64,000 nucleotides of DNA from Camelus ferus (Eukaryota): assembly GCF_009834535.1 (NCBI RefSeq), contig NC_045697.1, positions 9,488,001 to 9,552,000 of the forward strand, given 5' to 3'. The notes beneath the pieces were generated by a model, which saw nothing but the letters and a program-made list of their open reading frames with translations, was not told the origin of the DNA and ran no database searches. Below, piece by piece: positions 49,405-62,781 of this stretch (its first letter is position 1; every line of letters begins with the position of its first letter). Made by a program: the position numbers and the translations under genes.

Positions 49405-50869
49405 TTCCTGCTCCGTGAGATTCTGATATAACCTGATGGAGGGGACCGGCCATGGAAGATGCACTTCCAGAGTGAAATAGGTTCAGTGCATGTTACCCCA
49501 CCGCTGTGCCGATGCAGAATAAAAATCCTGAGATGCTCTCAAATGGAATTAGACTTCCACATAATTTAGCTAGCTAGGTCTAAGTAAATACAACTAGAGG
49601 TTACTCATTGAAATTAGGCAACTGAGTCAAAATAAAGTATAATGAATTTTTTCCTCTTTTTTTGGCAGCAATTTTTGATACTTTTTTATGGGGGTGAGTG
49701 TTGAGTAGATGCTAGGCTGATTTGTTTGTGTCATCCCTTTCTCTCTCTTTTTTTTTTTTTTTTCCGTAGCCTGTTGATAACATAAGTAGAAATGAAACAG
49801 ATGACTAGAACTGGAGGCTCTCCAACTTCAGCTTTTGTTTTATAAGTGAAGAAAATGAGGCCCCACAAGAACATTGTCCAAAGCCACACAGCTGCTCAGG
49901 GACAACCCATGAACTAGAGCTCAATTCCCTCGATTTTAAATTGAGTGTTTTTTGTTTTTTTTTTTTTTTTTTACTATATTTGAGATACAAATTTTTTTCA
50001 ATGTTGTATCACCAGTGATTCTGACACTAATTATGTGATGGGAGGCATTTCAGTCCATGCTTAATTTCTCAGTAGCTTGGAAATTTTCTAATAAATTGAA
50101 TCGAAGTTAAAATCTGTATACCAAAAGCGGGACAGTAGATCTGTGAGATGACCGTCCAAGCTGCAAATACTGTCATTTTCTCTGTTGAGTTAGAGTTGTC
50201 AGTAGCTGTACCTGGTAAGTCTCATTCCAAATGGTTGCAGTGAGTTCACTTCATGATGCTACCTGTTCCTTTTTGTACAAGCAGAGTTGTCAAAACAGGA
50301 AGCTCGATTATAACAGGGCCACAAAGTCAGCCGAAGGCTGTATTTGCACATCTGGTAACTTTGAATACAGCATCCCCAGAGATGAGAACCACCATAAAAG
50401 TTTAGAGGGCAGAATCTGATTTAGCCTCATAGACAAAATGTGTTGATGGAAGGCTGATGGTTTGAAACAAAGCCAAGAAGCAAAATTATGCCAAATATCA
50501 CTGCTATTGGGGTTGGTTGGAAACGAAGTATTCAGGCCAATGATTCTTTCCTGGAAGCTAAAATAAATCTGGAACAATAGAATATGATCTTGGGTACAGG
50601 CCAGAAGTGGTCACAGATCCTTGGGTAGCCAATAAGAAGTTACAATAAACTCTGTCTAACATTTCAAATCACCAGAATCCTAAATAACATTAGTGTATTG
50701 TTTTCCTGGTGTCTTAAACTTGAATTTTAGCTGTGCATTTTGCTTTGGCTCCTCCTGCAGCTACACCAGTTGCCTCCAGCTTCAATAGGGGAGGAAAAAA
50801 AAAAATAAGGTAACTCTTATCTATGAGTAGCATTCTTGCAAACTCGGGAAGATTTAAGTTGATAAGTTA

Positions 50870-51410
50870 GGGTGGGTATTTCTTGGCTGCCTCTCCTGTG
50901 TTCTTTTCATTCTTTTACTTTTGGGAATTCCTGCCCACCCAATTTTAGCCAATACATTTAAGGTGGATTAGACCTACTTCCAGAAACGAGACCTCATTGG
51001 CCTGAACCAGTCAGCACATCCCCTGCCTCTGCTCACAGTGACTGTTTGAGACCTGGGTTTATAACCAGGTTAGAGCCTCTGACCAGCTGTGGCTTCTGCG
51101 AGGCAGCAATTCTCTCCTCTCTTTTGGTCCTGGTATCCTGAATCCTGTATCTGAATCTGGTCCTGGTGGTGAAAAGATACAAGGCTTAGAGCCATTTTGC
51201 CACTATTAGATGAGCCAAGCTGGTGATGTAATGTAATGTCATGTAAAAGGAGGAAGATATGGTAAAATCAGCACTGATGACCTAGCTCGAGGCATCTACA
51301 TGAAGCCATATCTCTGCACTTTTTAGTTACTTGATCCTCTTTTTGGCTTAGCCAATTTGAGTGTTGGTTTGTCCCTCATGGCATAAAAAGTGAAAGTCAT
51401 TAAATCATCC
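50870..51410 (+). mobile_element. Old MaLR LTR (MLT1K-like)
   Basis: 'cattggcctgaaccagtcagcacatcccc...cacagtgactgtt...gccattttgccac...cactttttagttac...gccaatttgag'. Confidence 0.6.
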
Positions 51411-52949
51411 ATCACACGTCAGACCCTTTAAGTGGACCCAAGCTGCCCATCAAAGCATCCCACCAGGAAATGAGACCATCCTAGCCTCAGGACCTGACCC
51501 CACCTCTAGATGCTTGTCAGACTTTCTATCCACCCAGCCTTTCCACACCGCTGTCCTTTGTTCTGCCTCCCTGTATATTCCCTCTCCAATTCAGTCCCCT
51601 TGATTCTTGGCCACAGAGCTCAGTATTTACCCCAGGCACCCCCAGCTATGGCAGTTCACTGGGATTTGCCTCTCCAGAGCTACACTGAGAAATTTCCCTT
51701 GGGTGCAAAGTTAATGTGGGCACTTTGATGCTGCACTACATTACTGGGAGTAAGAGCTCCCCACAACTCTTTCTTCTGCCCAATGAGACCTGAGAAGTCT
51801 GTATACAGCTCTTCCCCAAACTCCACAAAGAAAAAGGAATTAAATCACATTGATAGATGTGTCCATGTGGTCACTAGACAGTCCTGGAAAGGATAGCTAA
51901 GGAGTGACATTTTTTAAAATGACTTTATTGTGGTATAATTTCTGTACAGTAAACTACACATTTCAGGCGTACAATTTGATGACTTTTGATAGGTGTGTAC
52001 ACCTATGAGTGACGTATTTCTTTGAAATAAAAAGAATTGATGAACAAGGTGGAAAGTTTATCTGGGAAGAAAAACAGAGATGCCTCTGTGGGTTTTTTTC
52101 AATTGCATCATCTTTGAAAAAAAAAAAAAGGAGTGAGAAAGAGATCTTCAGCTTAGGAATCCTGACTGTCATAAAGATAATAACTTCAAAATGCATGATA
52201 CTTTACATTGTTTTGGGTGGTAGGTAGAAGCCTGAATTCTCTCTACCCTACTCTCTGGAAAACAAAAAATAAACCCTTAGTGAGACAGGCTAGCCAACAA
52301 ATGGGAAATCAGTAGGCTGCGCATTCTGTCCACTGACATGGAGCTGTTGCCTTAAAGAGCAGGGAGGGACTTCAGAGACAGAGCCACTGCCCCATCTTAA
52401 CACACGAGGAAACAGAGGCTCAGAATCCTCCCTATACTTGCCTGAGGTCACACTGAGATTTCACTTAGTGCCAAATGGAGCTCGGCACCCTGACCTCTGC
52501 TCAGTGCTCCTGTCCCGTAAGCACTAAGTTATTAGTAGACAGTAACCATCTCTTTGCCAAAAACTGAGCACCTGCTTTCTGTAGGATACTACACTAGTCA
52601 CTCTGCATGCAAACCAATGGATCAATTCCATATTTAGGGGTCATATCAACTTGCTTCAATTTTTCTCCTCACATGAGGATAACTCATTGCATTATCACCT
52701 AAAGGGGTTGCAATTATAAACATTTAAAAGGCAGAGATACAATATCAAGGGCTTCAGAGAACCCAAATACATCATTTGAGAAGGCACAGGATTATCTTTT
52801 AAGTCCTCCATGCTGAATAAACTCTAATGTCTTACCCATAATCATAATTTACCTTTATGGATGGATATACTGCTATCAAAACTGTCTTTTTTCTCTCTCC
52901 TGAGCGTTACTAAAGCTGATTTAGAAGCAATAGTGAGCATAAAGTTTAT

Positions 52950-54000
52950 TGCCCAAACTTCTTAAGATCTTCAATAGATCCCATCTTGGAACTTCTTAGC
53001 TTACCAAGCTCTATTCTCAACATGTGTCATCATTTCAATTATCTTGTATACGAGTGATTCCCAAATGTGCATCTCCATCAAAATCCCTGCTCCTAGCTTC
53101 AGACACAAATGTTTAAACATACGTCAGATTCATTGAGCTAGAAATCACCCTGAGGTATTCTTAAGAGTTCTAAACTCAACAGCTCCAAACCAGAACCCTT
53201 CATTTTCCTCCAAAGTTTACTCTTCTCTCCCTTGCATAATTAGTGGTGTCTAGTTGCTTAAGCTAGAAATAATATGTTCATCTCCAGTTTCTCCCAGTCC
53301 CTTGCACCTAAACCCGGTTGGTTACTAAGGCTTATCAATATTTTCTTAATTGTGTCACTAAGTCACTTCTCCATTTTAGTTTTTACTGCCCCACTTAATC
53401 CTTCTATTGCTTCCTAACTGGACTTCCATTTGACTTCCCTCCAGTTCATCCACAACTTTACCACCAGAATTATAGTTTTTCTAAATAAAATAATCATGTT
53501 TCTTCTCTACCCAAAAACATTTCAACACTTAAGCATCACCTAACAGATAAAGTTAAAATTCCTAAATCTGATAATTTAGATTATCTACAATCGGACTCCA
53601 ATGTACATCCTTATGACATCAGTCACTCCTCTTGAAGTACATAACCTGACAAAACCAAGCTACCAGCCATTGTCATAAAGTGGCACAGACCTTCCTGGTT
53701 ATCTCTGCTTGACTCTTCTTCCCCAGTTCCTTACCTACCCAAATTTTATCCACTGATGTCCATCAAATTCCACAACTGAATGGCATCTCCTCCATCAAAG
53801 CTTTCCTCACCATCCTTCCAAATGGAACTGAGCCCAGTCGCTATTTCAACACAATAGCTCTTTCTTCACATCTCTACTATAGCTTTCTTAGCATTATGCT
53901 ATCATTCACTGCACACCTGTTAGCCCTTTTAATTAATCCTCTTTAGTACTCCTAATGCCTACATGTTGTCCTGCATGGGGAGATTCCGTAATTGCTAAAA
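52950..54000 (+). mobile_element. L2 fragments
   Basis: 'gtgattcccaaatgtgcatctcca...ctaaactcaacagctccaaaccagaacc...ttcctaactggacttcc'. Confidence 0.7.
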
Positions 54001-55276
54001 GAAGGGATACATGCTTGAAATCATAAATATTGAAAGAGAGGCTTTGTACTTAGAAACGTAAATGTTAGACTTACGGGTATCTATTCCAAATCTCTCATTT
54101 ATAACCGAGGAAAACGGAGGTCCAGAATGGCAGAGCCAAATGGGAAAATGCTCTCACAGTGAGCTGGGAGAGGAGGCATCGTGGCATGCACACTCTAAGT
54201 CCTGGTATAGCGCTTTCCGCTCACACTGTTTTACAATTCTGTAGCTCTAAGCCTCCCCCAACTTGAATTACCATGTTACTCTTCAAGCCACTTAATTAAG
54301 AAACCAACACTGATATGTATTTTTCAGTGTAAAATAGAAAAATTCAGCATTCAAGCATTTGCCTGGGATTCAGGACAAGCCAGCTCCTACTCCTAGAAGT
54401 GCTATTAATGGACCATGTGACGCTGGGAACAGTGTGCAAGGAGTAGAGAAATGACATTTGCTGGTCAATTTCTCACCATACAGTGAGTGTCCTGAGAGCA
54501 GAGGTTTTTATATTATTTACCTTCCATCCTCAGTGCCAGAATAATATCCAGCTGCACAGTAAGCCTTCAAGGATATTTTCAGTGAATACAAGAATAAATA
54601 AATAAATGGATTATATGCCAGGGATTTTCCTTGGGGTGCTATGTATATTACTTTATTTAATTTTTATCACCCTCCTGTAGTATAGGTCTCATTAGCTCTA
54701 CTTTGAAAAGGAGAACGCCAAGGCTCAAAGGAGCTGCTGGAGCACTGAGAATGACTCAGTGTGGGAGCAAGAGTTCCCATCCATGTGTGTCTAGCCCAAA
54801 AGCTTTGTTATTCTTTTCCTATCTGTGAAATCGAAGTTTGGAAAAGCTTAATATGGTTCAGCAATCCCACTTCTGGGTATATATTCAAAGAAGAAGAGAT
54901 TACGATCTCAAAGAGACACCTGCAGTCTCACGTTCATTGCAGTAATATTCACAATAGCCAAACATGGACATGGTCACATTGACAGATAAAAGAACAAATA
55001 TACACACAGCATAATGCTAGGTGAAATAAGGCAGACAAAGAAAGGCAAATACTGCATGATCTCATTGACATGTGAATGTGAAAACACTGAACTCATAGAG
55101 CAGATAGTAGTATAGTAGTTCCCAGGGACTAAGGGACAGGGGAGACGGGGAGATGCTGGTCAACGAGCACCAATGATCAGTCATAAAATGAATGGGTTCC
55201 AGGGACCTAATGAACAGCACAGAGACTATAACTAACAGCACCATGCTGTATACTGGAAAGTTGCTATAGACTATAA

Positions 55277-55605
55277 TTTTGTTTTGTTTTGTTTTGTTTT
55301 GAAGTTCAGTCAATTACAATGTGTCAATCTCTGGTGTACAGCACAATGTCCCAGTCATGCATATACATACATATATTTGTTTCCATATTTTTTAAACATT
55401 TTTTATTGGGTTATAGTCATTTTACAATGTTGTGTCAAATTCCAGTGTAGAGCACAATTTTTCAGTTGTATGTGAACATACATATATTCACTGTCACATT
55501 TTTTTTCACTGTGAGTTACCACAAGATCTTGTATATCACATTTTTACATTAAAGGTTATTACAAGATACTGAACATAGTTCCCTCTGCCATACGAAAGAA
55601 ACTTT
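55277..55605 (-). mobile_element. Older lineage-specific L1 3' end (same type as 40449-41206); middle layer of the nest
   Basis: (GTTTT)n tail, 'gtcaattacaatgtgtcaatctctggtgtacagcacaatg' ... 'cattaaaggttattacaagatactgaacatagttccc'; degenerate TSD ctatagactataatttt / ctaagactatgttttt. Confidence 0.85.
55388..55536 (-). mobile_element. Younger camelid-type L1 3' tip (same type as 1769 and 37683); inner layer of the nest
   Basis: 'ttttattgggttatagtcattttacaatgttgtgtcaaattccagtg...gtgagttaccacaagatcttgtata'; TSD catattttt / cacattttt. Confidence 0.88.
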
Positions 55606-56040
55606 CTAAGACTATGTTTTTAATGGCCTCACCGTAATAACAACAAAATGGTAATTTTGTGAGGTGAAGGATGTGTTGGCTAATCTTATAGTGGTAAACA
55701 TTTTCCAATATATATATGTGCATCAAATCATCACATTGTACACTTTAGACTAATACAATGTTATATGTCAATTGCATCTCAATGAAGCTGGAAAAAAAAA
55801 CAAATACATCAGACACATACATAGGCACACATTAGCTCATATACCCATAACAAATACAGATACTCAATTGCCCTTAGGAACACACCTCTTACAACTCAGA
55901 GACAACTGTAATGTACAAAGACGTATCAGGAATGACAGATAGGCAGACTGGGGCATATTTAGATCCAAAGAAATTTTTTAAAAAAAGAAGAAGAACATTG
56001 TAAAATGTTAAAGTCAAGTCAAAAGGAAACAAAACAATTT

Positions 56041-56097
56041 TATATGTATAGATACAGATATAGATAGATATCATAGATACATACATACATACATATA
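56041..56097. repeat. Compound (TAGA)n/(TACA)n microsatellite
   Basis: Direct reading. Confidence 0.8.
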
Positions 56098-56599
56098 TTC
56101 GGGGACAGAGGGAACACATTCATCCTTTACAGATCAAAAGGCACACTCCTGGGTTAGAAATTTAAAGTTACACCATGCATTTAGTTTGTTCATAAAATTC
56201 TCATGATTGACATATTCAGAAGTTTTAAGAATAATAATGCAAACCTCTGGGAAAAAAATGTTATAGCTTTTTTTTTTAAAGAATTTTTGTAACTTTTTTC
56301 CCCTAGAAATAACTTAAAAGTCTTTAAGAAATATTTTCAAAATAATCCAAAATTTATTATTTTTTCCTTCAGGGCTTTCACATCTCTAGGACGAGATTAT
56401 CATCAAGGTCTAATCAGGCAATAAAAATTTTATGGTTATAATAAAGTGCAGAATGGAATATCAAGTGCCAAAAATATATGCTCCAGAGACCAAGTATGAA
56501 GAAAAGTCAGGAAGGAAAAAGATAATTATTGCCTGAAGTCACAAGGCAGGGCCCATGGAGGACAAGGGACATGACCTGTAGCATTATGGTGGATATCTG

Positions 56600-57092
56600 G
56601 GCAGGGTTTTTGCTTTCTTTTCTTTTTGCCTGTGAAGTGTCCATTTCCAAATTCTGTTTTTCTGTTGGGACCTACCCCAAACCCACTTCATCCATTTTGG
56701 ATGGGCACTAACTCCACCTAGGGCCCTCAAACCATTGGGTGGGCTCTGGCCTGGGATTTGGCCAATACATATTACATAGGTTTATTCAGGGTGTATAATG
56801 AATTTAGGCCAATAGAGTGAAACATGAGACTTTTGCCAGACATTTGGGAAAGAGAAATTCTCTTTCTAGTGGAGTTGCTAAGCTGGTAGGATGAAGTCTG
56901 GAGTTATGAATGATCAAACTGACAACTCATGGGAGAAATTTAGAGATAGAGACCTAAAACACAAATCCCTGACATGGTTTCATGAGTGCCTGGATCAGTT
57001 CATGCCCAGAGGAACTAGACACCCTCCTGGACTTTTCACTTACAAGTGAGGTTTTCCTGTTCCTTGTAACCAAGAGAATCCAGACTAATACA
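56600..57092 (+). mobile_element. Old MaLR LTR (MLT1K/L-like)
   Basis: 'ggccaatagagtgaaacatgagacttttgc...ttgggaaagagaaattctctttc...ctggacttttc...cttgtaaccaagagaatccagactaataca'. Confidence 0.72.
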
Positions 57093-57799
57093 GGTACAAG
57101 TGTGAAACTGGATTAGAATAGGTGGAGGAAATTGAAGAAGGCATTAAAAATGAACACACTGCTCATTATGAGCAAAAGCAAGTTGTAGGCACAGGAGATA
57201 TAATGGGGAGAAGACTGGAGATAATATACTGAGGCAGAAAATGAGATAAATGTTCATATTGGTCAGATGGTGCCAACAGATGGAACACTTTACGACTCAT
57301 TGATGGAAGACGTTATGCCATTGATGCCAGGGAATCACTGAAGATTTCTGAGCGTTAACCATAATGTTAAGATTATTTTATATTTCTACAGTATTTTACA
57401 ACTTCCATAGTGACTACTCATGCATCATCTTTTTCAACGATCTTTTGAAGACATTAATGTTATTCCATCTATTTTAAAGATAGGGAAACTGAGGCTTAGA
57501 GAAGTGATATAAAACACACATAACATTCCTTATCTATTGCCAAAACCCTTCAACAACTTTTCATTGTTATTCTTAGAACACATTCAGACTCCTTTCTAGA
57601 GACCACAGTTGTCTGTCTACATGATCTGACCTCTCATTTTCTCTCTGGTTTTACTCTGCTCTCTGCCTGTTATACACTCTCTGCCAGTGTTCCCAGATAC
57701 TGTGTTGTCTTTTGTGTCCTCAAAACACCAAGTCTTTCAAGACTCACAACCTCAATACTTGTTGTTCTTCTACCTGGAGGAAAACATAAGTAGTGGATA

Positions 57800-58065
57800 C
57801 ATACTTAGTTTTAAACTTTGCAGTAGCCACATTTAATTAAAATAAAATGAAGCAATGATGTGAACAATGTATTTTAAATTTCTGAAATACTTTGACATGT
57901 TATTGGTATAAAAATTATTAAACAGATGTACATTCTTTATTTTTCCTACAAAGTAATTGAAATCCAATGTGTATTTTATACTCAGAGCACCTATCCATTT
58001 CGACCAATCAAATTTCATGTGCTCAAATAAGAATGCATGGGTACTGGCTACTATATTGGACAGCA
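57800..58065 (+). mobile_element. MER33-like hAT-Charlie element
   Basis: 'gtagccacatt...gaaatccaatgtgtattttatactcagagcacc...tggctactatattggacagca'. Confidence 0.8.
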
Positions 58066-59616
58066 AATGTTAAAAGTATTTATTGGACTAAATCTAAATA
58101 TTTTTTCCCTTTGACACCAGTGCATGGGACTTAGCAGAAAAAGTGGAGCAAATACAGAACAAATAGAACTACATTCTGTCCGCATATCTGAGTTACCATG
58201 TGACTTCATGTTTCAACCCCTTCAACCTCCCCATATTTATAAATCACTAAAAATATCATCTTGTACAAAGTAAGAACTCAAAGAGTATGCACTATTTTTA
58301 TTATTATTATTTTTAATAGGAGTGATGGGATAAAGGCCCAAGTCTCCCGATTTCAGGTGAGAATGCCCCTTCCAGAATGCCTGAGGGCCTCCCACGTTAG
58401 CAATATTTTTATGTTAAGAATACAATGTCATGGGTAGCCTCCAGCATTATGAAAACTTCCACACTGGATTCCTGGTGTTGTAAGATCTGAGATGCTTCAG
58501 ATCACCTGCTTGCAAAACAAAGTACTGAAAAACAAAACAATTTAATTTCCCTGGAGTGACCTTTACATCCACGCCTGCTGCCCCAACTACGCAGCCCTGG
58601 CTGCTAAGCACTCTGATGTTCTCATTAAAGATGCGAGATCCGGCCTGTGAGCTGGAAACACTGGATGCCTGTCACGGATGACAGTCAGTGTTGGGAGGCT
58701 GAGTTTTTATGTGAATGTACTCCCATCAATGAAAAGACTTAATGAAGCCACACTTGAGCTTCATCCCACTAATGAATCAACTGAGAAATGAAGATTAGAA
58801 ATACTTCATAACCATCTTTTAGTAACATCTTCAGAACTGACAATTGTGAAAAATGCATTTTCTTAAACAACGACATCTTGGGAACAGCCATAGTAACCAA
58901 ATCAAAGCCAGATTAACACATGGAGGGGAGAGAATAATAACGAATGGTTAAGTACCTAATTAAGCCTATTTTCTAGACATGAATCCCCAAGATACACTTG
59001 TTGTTCCTACTCACTAAATATTTTTAAAGGTTATTTGGTCCCTCAGGAAATCTGTCATATTAACAATTCACTGAAAGGCAAGGACAGACACCAATGCTTA
59101 CAACGACTGATGTAACAGAATCATAGGTAGCCTGGGTAGAACTGTCAGCCACGCCCCCTTAACAGGTAACACGTGAAATCAACTCCTTCTCACTCAACAC
59201 ACAGGGGGTTGGGTGTGTGATGGATCAGAGAGCTATTATCAGCAGCAGAAAATGGTGGTTTTATTTATTGCTTTATCACAATGTAGTTGTTTATCTACTG
59301 TGGGCCAGGGATTATTTTAGATCCTTAGGGCAGAAAGCAAGCACTGTCCTGCCTTTATGCAACTTACCATCTTGTGGAGGGGAAAACAACACACCAATGA
59401 TTACATAATAAATAAGCTTAATCATTTAAATAGTTACACATTTTGTTCCATACCTGTAATTGGTACTTAGTACATACTGTCTCAATTGATCTTTCCACTG
59501 CAAATAAACATCAAATTGCCACTCAGATAAATGCTACAAGGGAGAGGAGCATGGTTTTGATAGCATGTAATACGAGGCTTTGATCAATTTGTAATATCAG
59601 AAAGTGACAAATGAGC

Positions 59617-59780
59617 AATGGCATCCTGGTAAGGATTTAACAACCAGCTCTCCAGGGAGGAAACTGAGATGTGTGGTGTTTACCCATTTCCATGGTATAA
59701 ATGCCCCCACTAGGTCTTATTTTAAGCTACCGATGTGATGTCACTGAAGGGGAATTGAGAATAGATGTGCACAGACAGCC
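59617..59780 (-). mobile_element. MER63A-like hAT-Blackjack element
   Basis: 'ctggtaaggatttaacaaccagctctcc...atttccatggtataaatgcccccact...ttaagctaccgatgtgatgtcactgaa...agatgtgcacag'. Confidence 0.72.
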
Positions 59781-60060
59781 CTCCTTCCTTCTTATGAACA
59801 GATGCAATCTAGCTCATGCCTATCACTGCAATAACCTAAGATCTGCGCAGAGAAGACAGAGAGCAAGGTGAATGGGTCCACCCTCCCCCTTTGCCAGTGG
59901 GCACACGCATCATCAGTTCTCTGACTCAGCGTCATAGATGGAGCTGGGCATATCTGTAGAGTCACTATAAGGGATCCAGCCAGGCATAACTGCACACCTA
60001 GAGTCTACCTGTAAAATGAATAGATGGTTTGTCCATATAAATAAACTGCAAATTCCTAAA

Positions 60061-60132
60061 CAATTACATATTATTATAATTAATAAAATAATAATGCAAT
60101 TACATATTATTATAACTAATAAAATAATAATA
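60061..60132. repeat. 36-bp AT-rich tandem duplication (2 copies)
   Basis: caattacatattattataaYtaataaaataataatR at 60061-60096 and 60097-60132, 2 mismatches. Confidence 0.92.
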
Positions 60133-60835
60133 CACTGATAAGTTCATTGTAGCCTTTGTTTATGGAGTATTTTATCAACAAGGAAAGATAGCTTATCTAG
60201 TCAGGGAAATGAGACACTGACACTGCATCTTGAAAATGAGTAAAAGTTTTCTCAGTCATGAAAGGGAAATAAGGACATTCCACAGGAGGATCCTACTTAC
60301 AGATGAATCAGGAATCCATATTTTGTTTCAAAAATTCATGTCAGAAAGCTCCAGCTTAAGGCCTTTAGGTTAGAGAACAGGGGAGAAAATCCTGTTTCCA
60401 AATGAAGGATTCACAGCAGATGGCTTTTGTTACGGCTTCAAGCTAAATAATGCTTTGTTTCCTAATTTTTAAAAGTTTAGAATTAGTTTTTCTTGACATA
60501 TGAGATTTAAGTCCCCATGTAAGAGCAAGAGCAAGTCGAAGAGTGGAGTACATTCAAATGGCTGAGATCTTAATTGATTTCTGTATTTGATTTCTGCATA
60601 ATGTTTAGCAAACCTAGACAAAATCAAGCTTTGTTTAGACAGAATTCTTAAAGGACTCTGCTCATATGACTTTGTCCTATTCAGGTACTGTGGGTCACTT
60701 CTCTCCTTAAGCCCATATCTTTTAACTTAGAACATTATAAAAATGACAGGAGTTTTTTTCTGAGAATGATTGAGTCCACAAACTGGAAGAAAATTTTATA
60801 CAGTTTCCATTTCATAATACTAAAAATAGCTCTTG

Positions 60836-61410
60836 TCAGTTCAGATGACCTTCAGTAGGTTAACAGATAAATCCAGCAGTGGAATATTACTCAGTACTAA
60901 AAAGAAATGAGCTATCAAGCCATGAAAAGACATGCAGGAAACTTAAATGTACATTACTAAGCGAAACAAGCCAATCTGAGAAATCTGCGTACTGTGTGAT
61001 TCCAACTCTATGATATTCTAGAAAAGGCAAAACTATGCAGACAATCAAAAGATCAGTGGTTGTCCAAGGTGGCAGTGGGGAGGGCTGAAGAGGCAGAGCA
61101 CAGAGGATGTACAGGGCAGTGAAAATATACCGTATATTATAAAGATGGAGATATGTCATTACACATTTGTCGAAATCCATTGAATGTATAATACCAAGAA
61201 TACACCCTTAGATAAACTATGGACTCTGGGTGATTATGATGTGTCAATGTAAGTTCATCCTTGGTTAAAAAAATGTACTACTCTGGTGATCATTTTGACA
61301 ATGGGGGAGGCTGTGCATGTATAGGGCAGAGGGTAAGTAGAAAATCTTCGTACTTTCCTCTCAATTTTGTTGCAAACTTCAAACTTCTTTTAAAAGTACA
61401 GTCTTCAGGA
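60836..61410 (+). mobile_element. L1MC1/2-type 3' end
   Basis: 'aaaaagaaatgagctatcaagccatgaaaagacatg...taaactatggactctgggtgattatgatgtgtcaatgtaagttcatc'. Confidence 0.9.
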
Positions 61411-62536
61411 AAAATTATCTCTTGAGCACTTACATGCCTTACTCCATTAAATCTGTGTATCAGTTTTATGAAGTAAGTGCTGCTGTGATTCCTATTTTAT
61501 AGAAGAAGAATCTGAGGCTTCACTTGTTTAAAGCCTCAAAACGCAAGTGATGTTTGCTTTTCTAAGACTTTTCTCTCTCTGACTCCAGAGCCTGGTCTTT
61601 AATGATGTCACAATACATGTTTTTCTTCTTCATCGCCCTCTATGTCCAATCAAATCCCAAGCCCTGCTGAGTCTCTCCCCTTCATAGCCCTCAACTCTGT
61701 TCACGTTGCACCTGTCACTCAAGACTATCATCTGGCTCTTCTGGACCATGGCAATCACCACCTAACCTGTCCTTCTGCAAATCAGACGTCCCAAATACAA
61801 GTCTGATCAGACCATTATCCAGGCTTATAACTCTTTCATGGTGTAACACTGACTTTGTAATAAAATAAAACGTTTTATATTAGCTTCAGAAGAACATACA
61901 TGAGCACACCCCTACTTGATTCTACAGCTCCTACCCCTTTGATCTAGAACCATTCACATTTAATCATCCCATGGACGTGCAACACTCTTTCTTACCTCTA
62001 GCTCTTTACAAATGATATTTGATCATTGACCCCAGAGAAATGGAAGTCATCTTAGCTTTAACCTCATATCTTCAACCTAACGTAACAACACTGTCAAATT
62101 ATCATCTGGAGACACGTTTGTATAATACAAAGTCAGGGAACCCCCTCTTTTGTTGGGCAGACCAATTGTCAGCAAAGTTATACATATGGTCACAAGCAAC
62201 AAAATCTAGTATCCTATGATTTTCATCCATTCACCCTAGTGTCTTAACTCTCTTAGTTCTGCCTTGTCTTGTTACTTAGAAGAAACCTTTTGCACACAAT
62301 GGTGTATTATCAAATATTGAAATATTTTACATTAATGTTTGTATTTGATCATAACTATATATGTCTGTGTGTTTTCATAAGAAGATAGAGAATCAAAAGC
62401 TCAAGACCCAAGGGAGACAGAGATGAGAATAAGCAGTTATAATTTGAGAGAAAGAGCCAATGTTCTCACCTTGTTCTACCATTTATTATGTAATATGGCT
62501 TCATGATCCTATACTTCTCAGTTGCATCTTCTCAAA

Positions 62537-62781
62537 CAAGGCTTCTCAAACCTCTTATATCATCATCCCACCAAAAAGTGCATTCACATAATGACCCAAT
62601 ACACACACACAACTGCACCCACACCTTCACACATATCACTTATCTGCAATACTAGCTCTCCTGTTGTTTTGTTTTTTTTTTCTCCCTAGTCTAGTCTATT
62701 TTTTTTCAGATACTGATCATGACTCACAAATTTATTTTGTAATCTGCTAATGTGTAACCACCAGCAATTTGAGAAGCACTG
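62537..62781 (-). mobile_element. Charlie4-like hAT non-autonomous element
   Basis: Termini 'caaggcttctcaaac' and 'tttgagaagcactg'; internal 'ctgatcatgactcacaaatttatttt'. Confidence 0.6.

Larger units (their letters stand above)
54836..55800 (+). mobile_element. L1MA-type 3' end; outer host of two nested L1s
   Basis: 'cagcaatcccacttctgggtatata...gctgtatactggaaagttgcta' resumes at 'aatggcctcacc...atcaaatcatcacattgtacac...atctcaatgaagctggaaaaa'. Confidence 0.88.

Noticed and set aside
50212..50220. Consensus donor CTG|gtaagt on the + strand
   Set aside because: No convincing upstream acceptor or coding frame, and no partner exon found.
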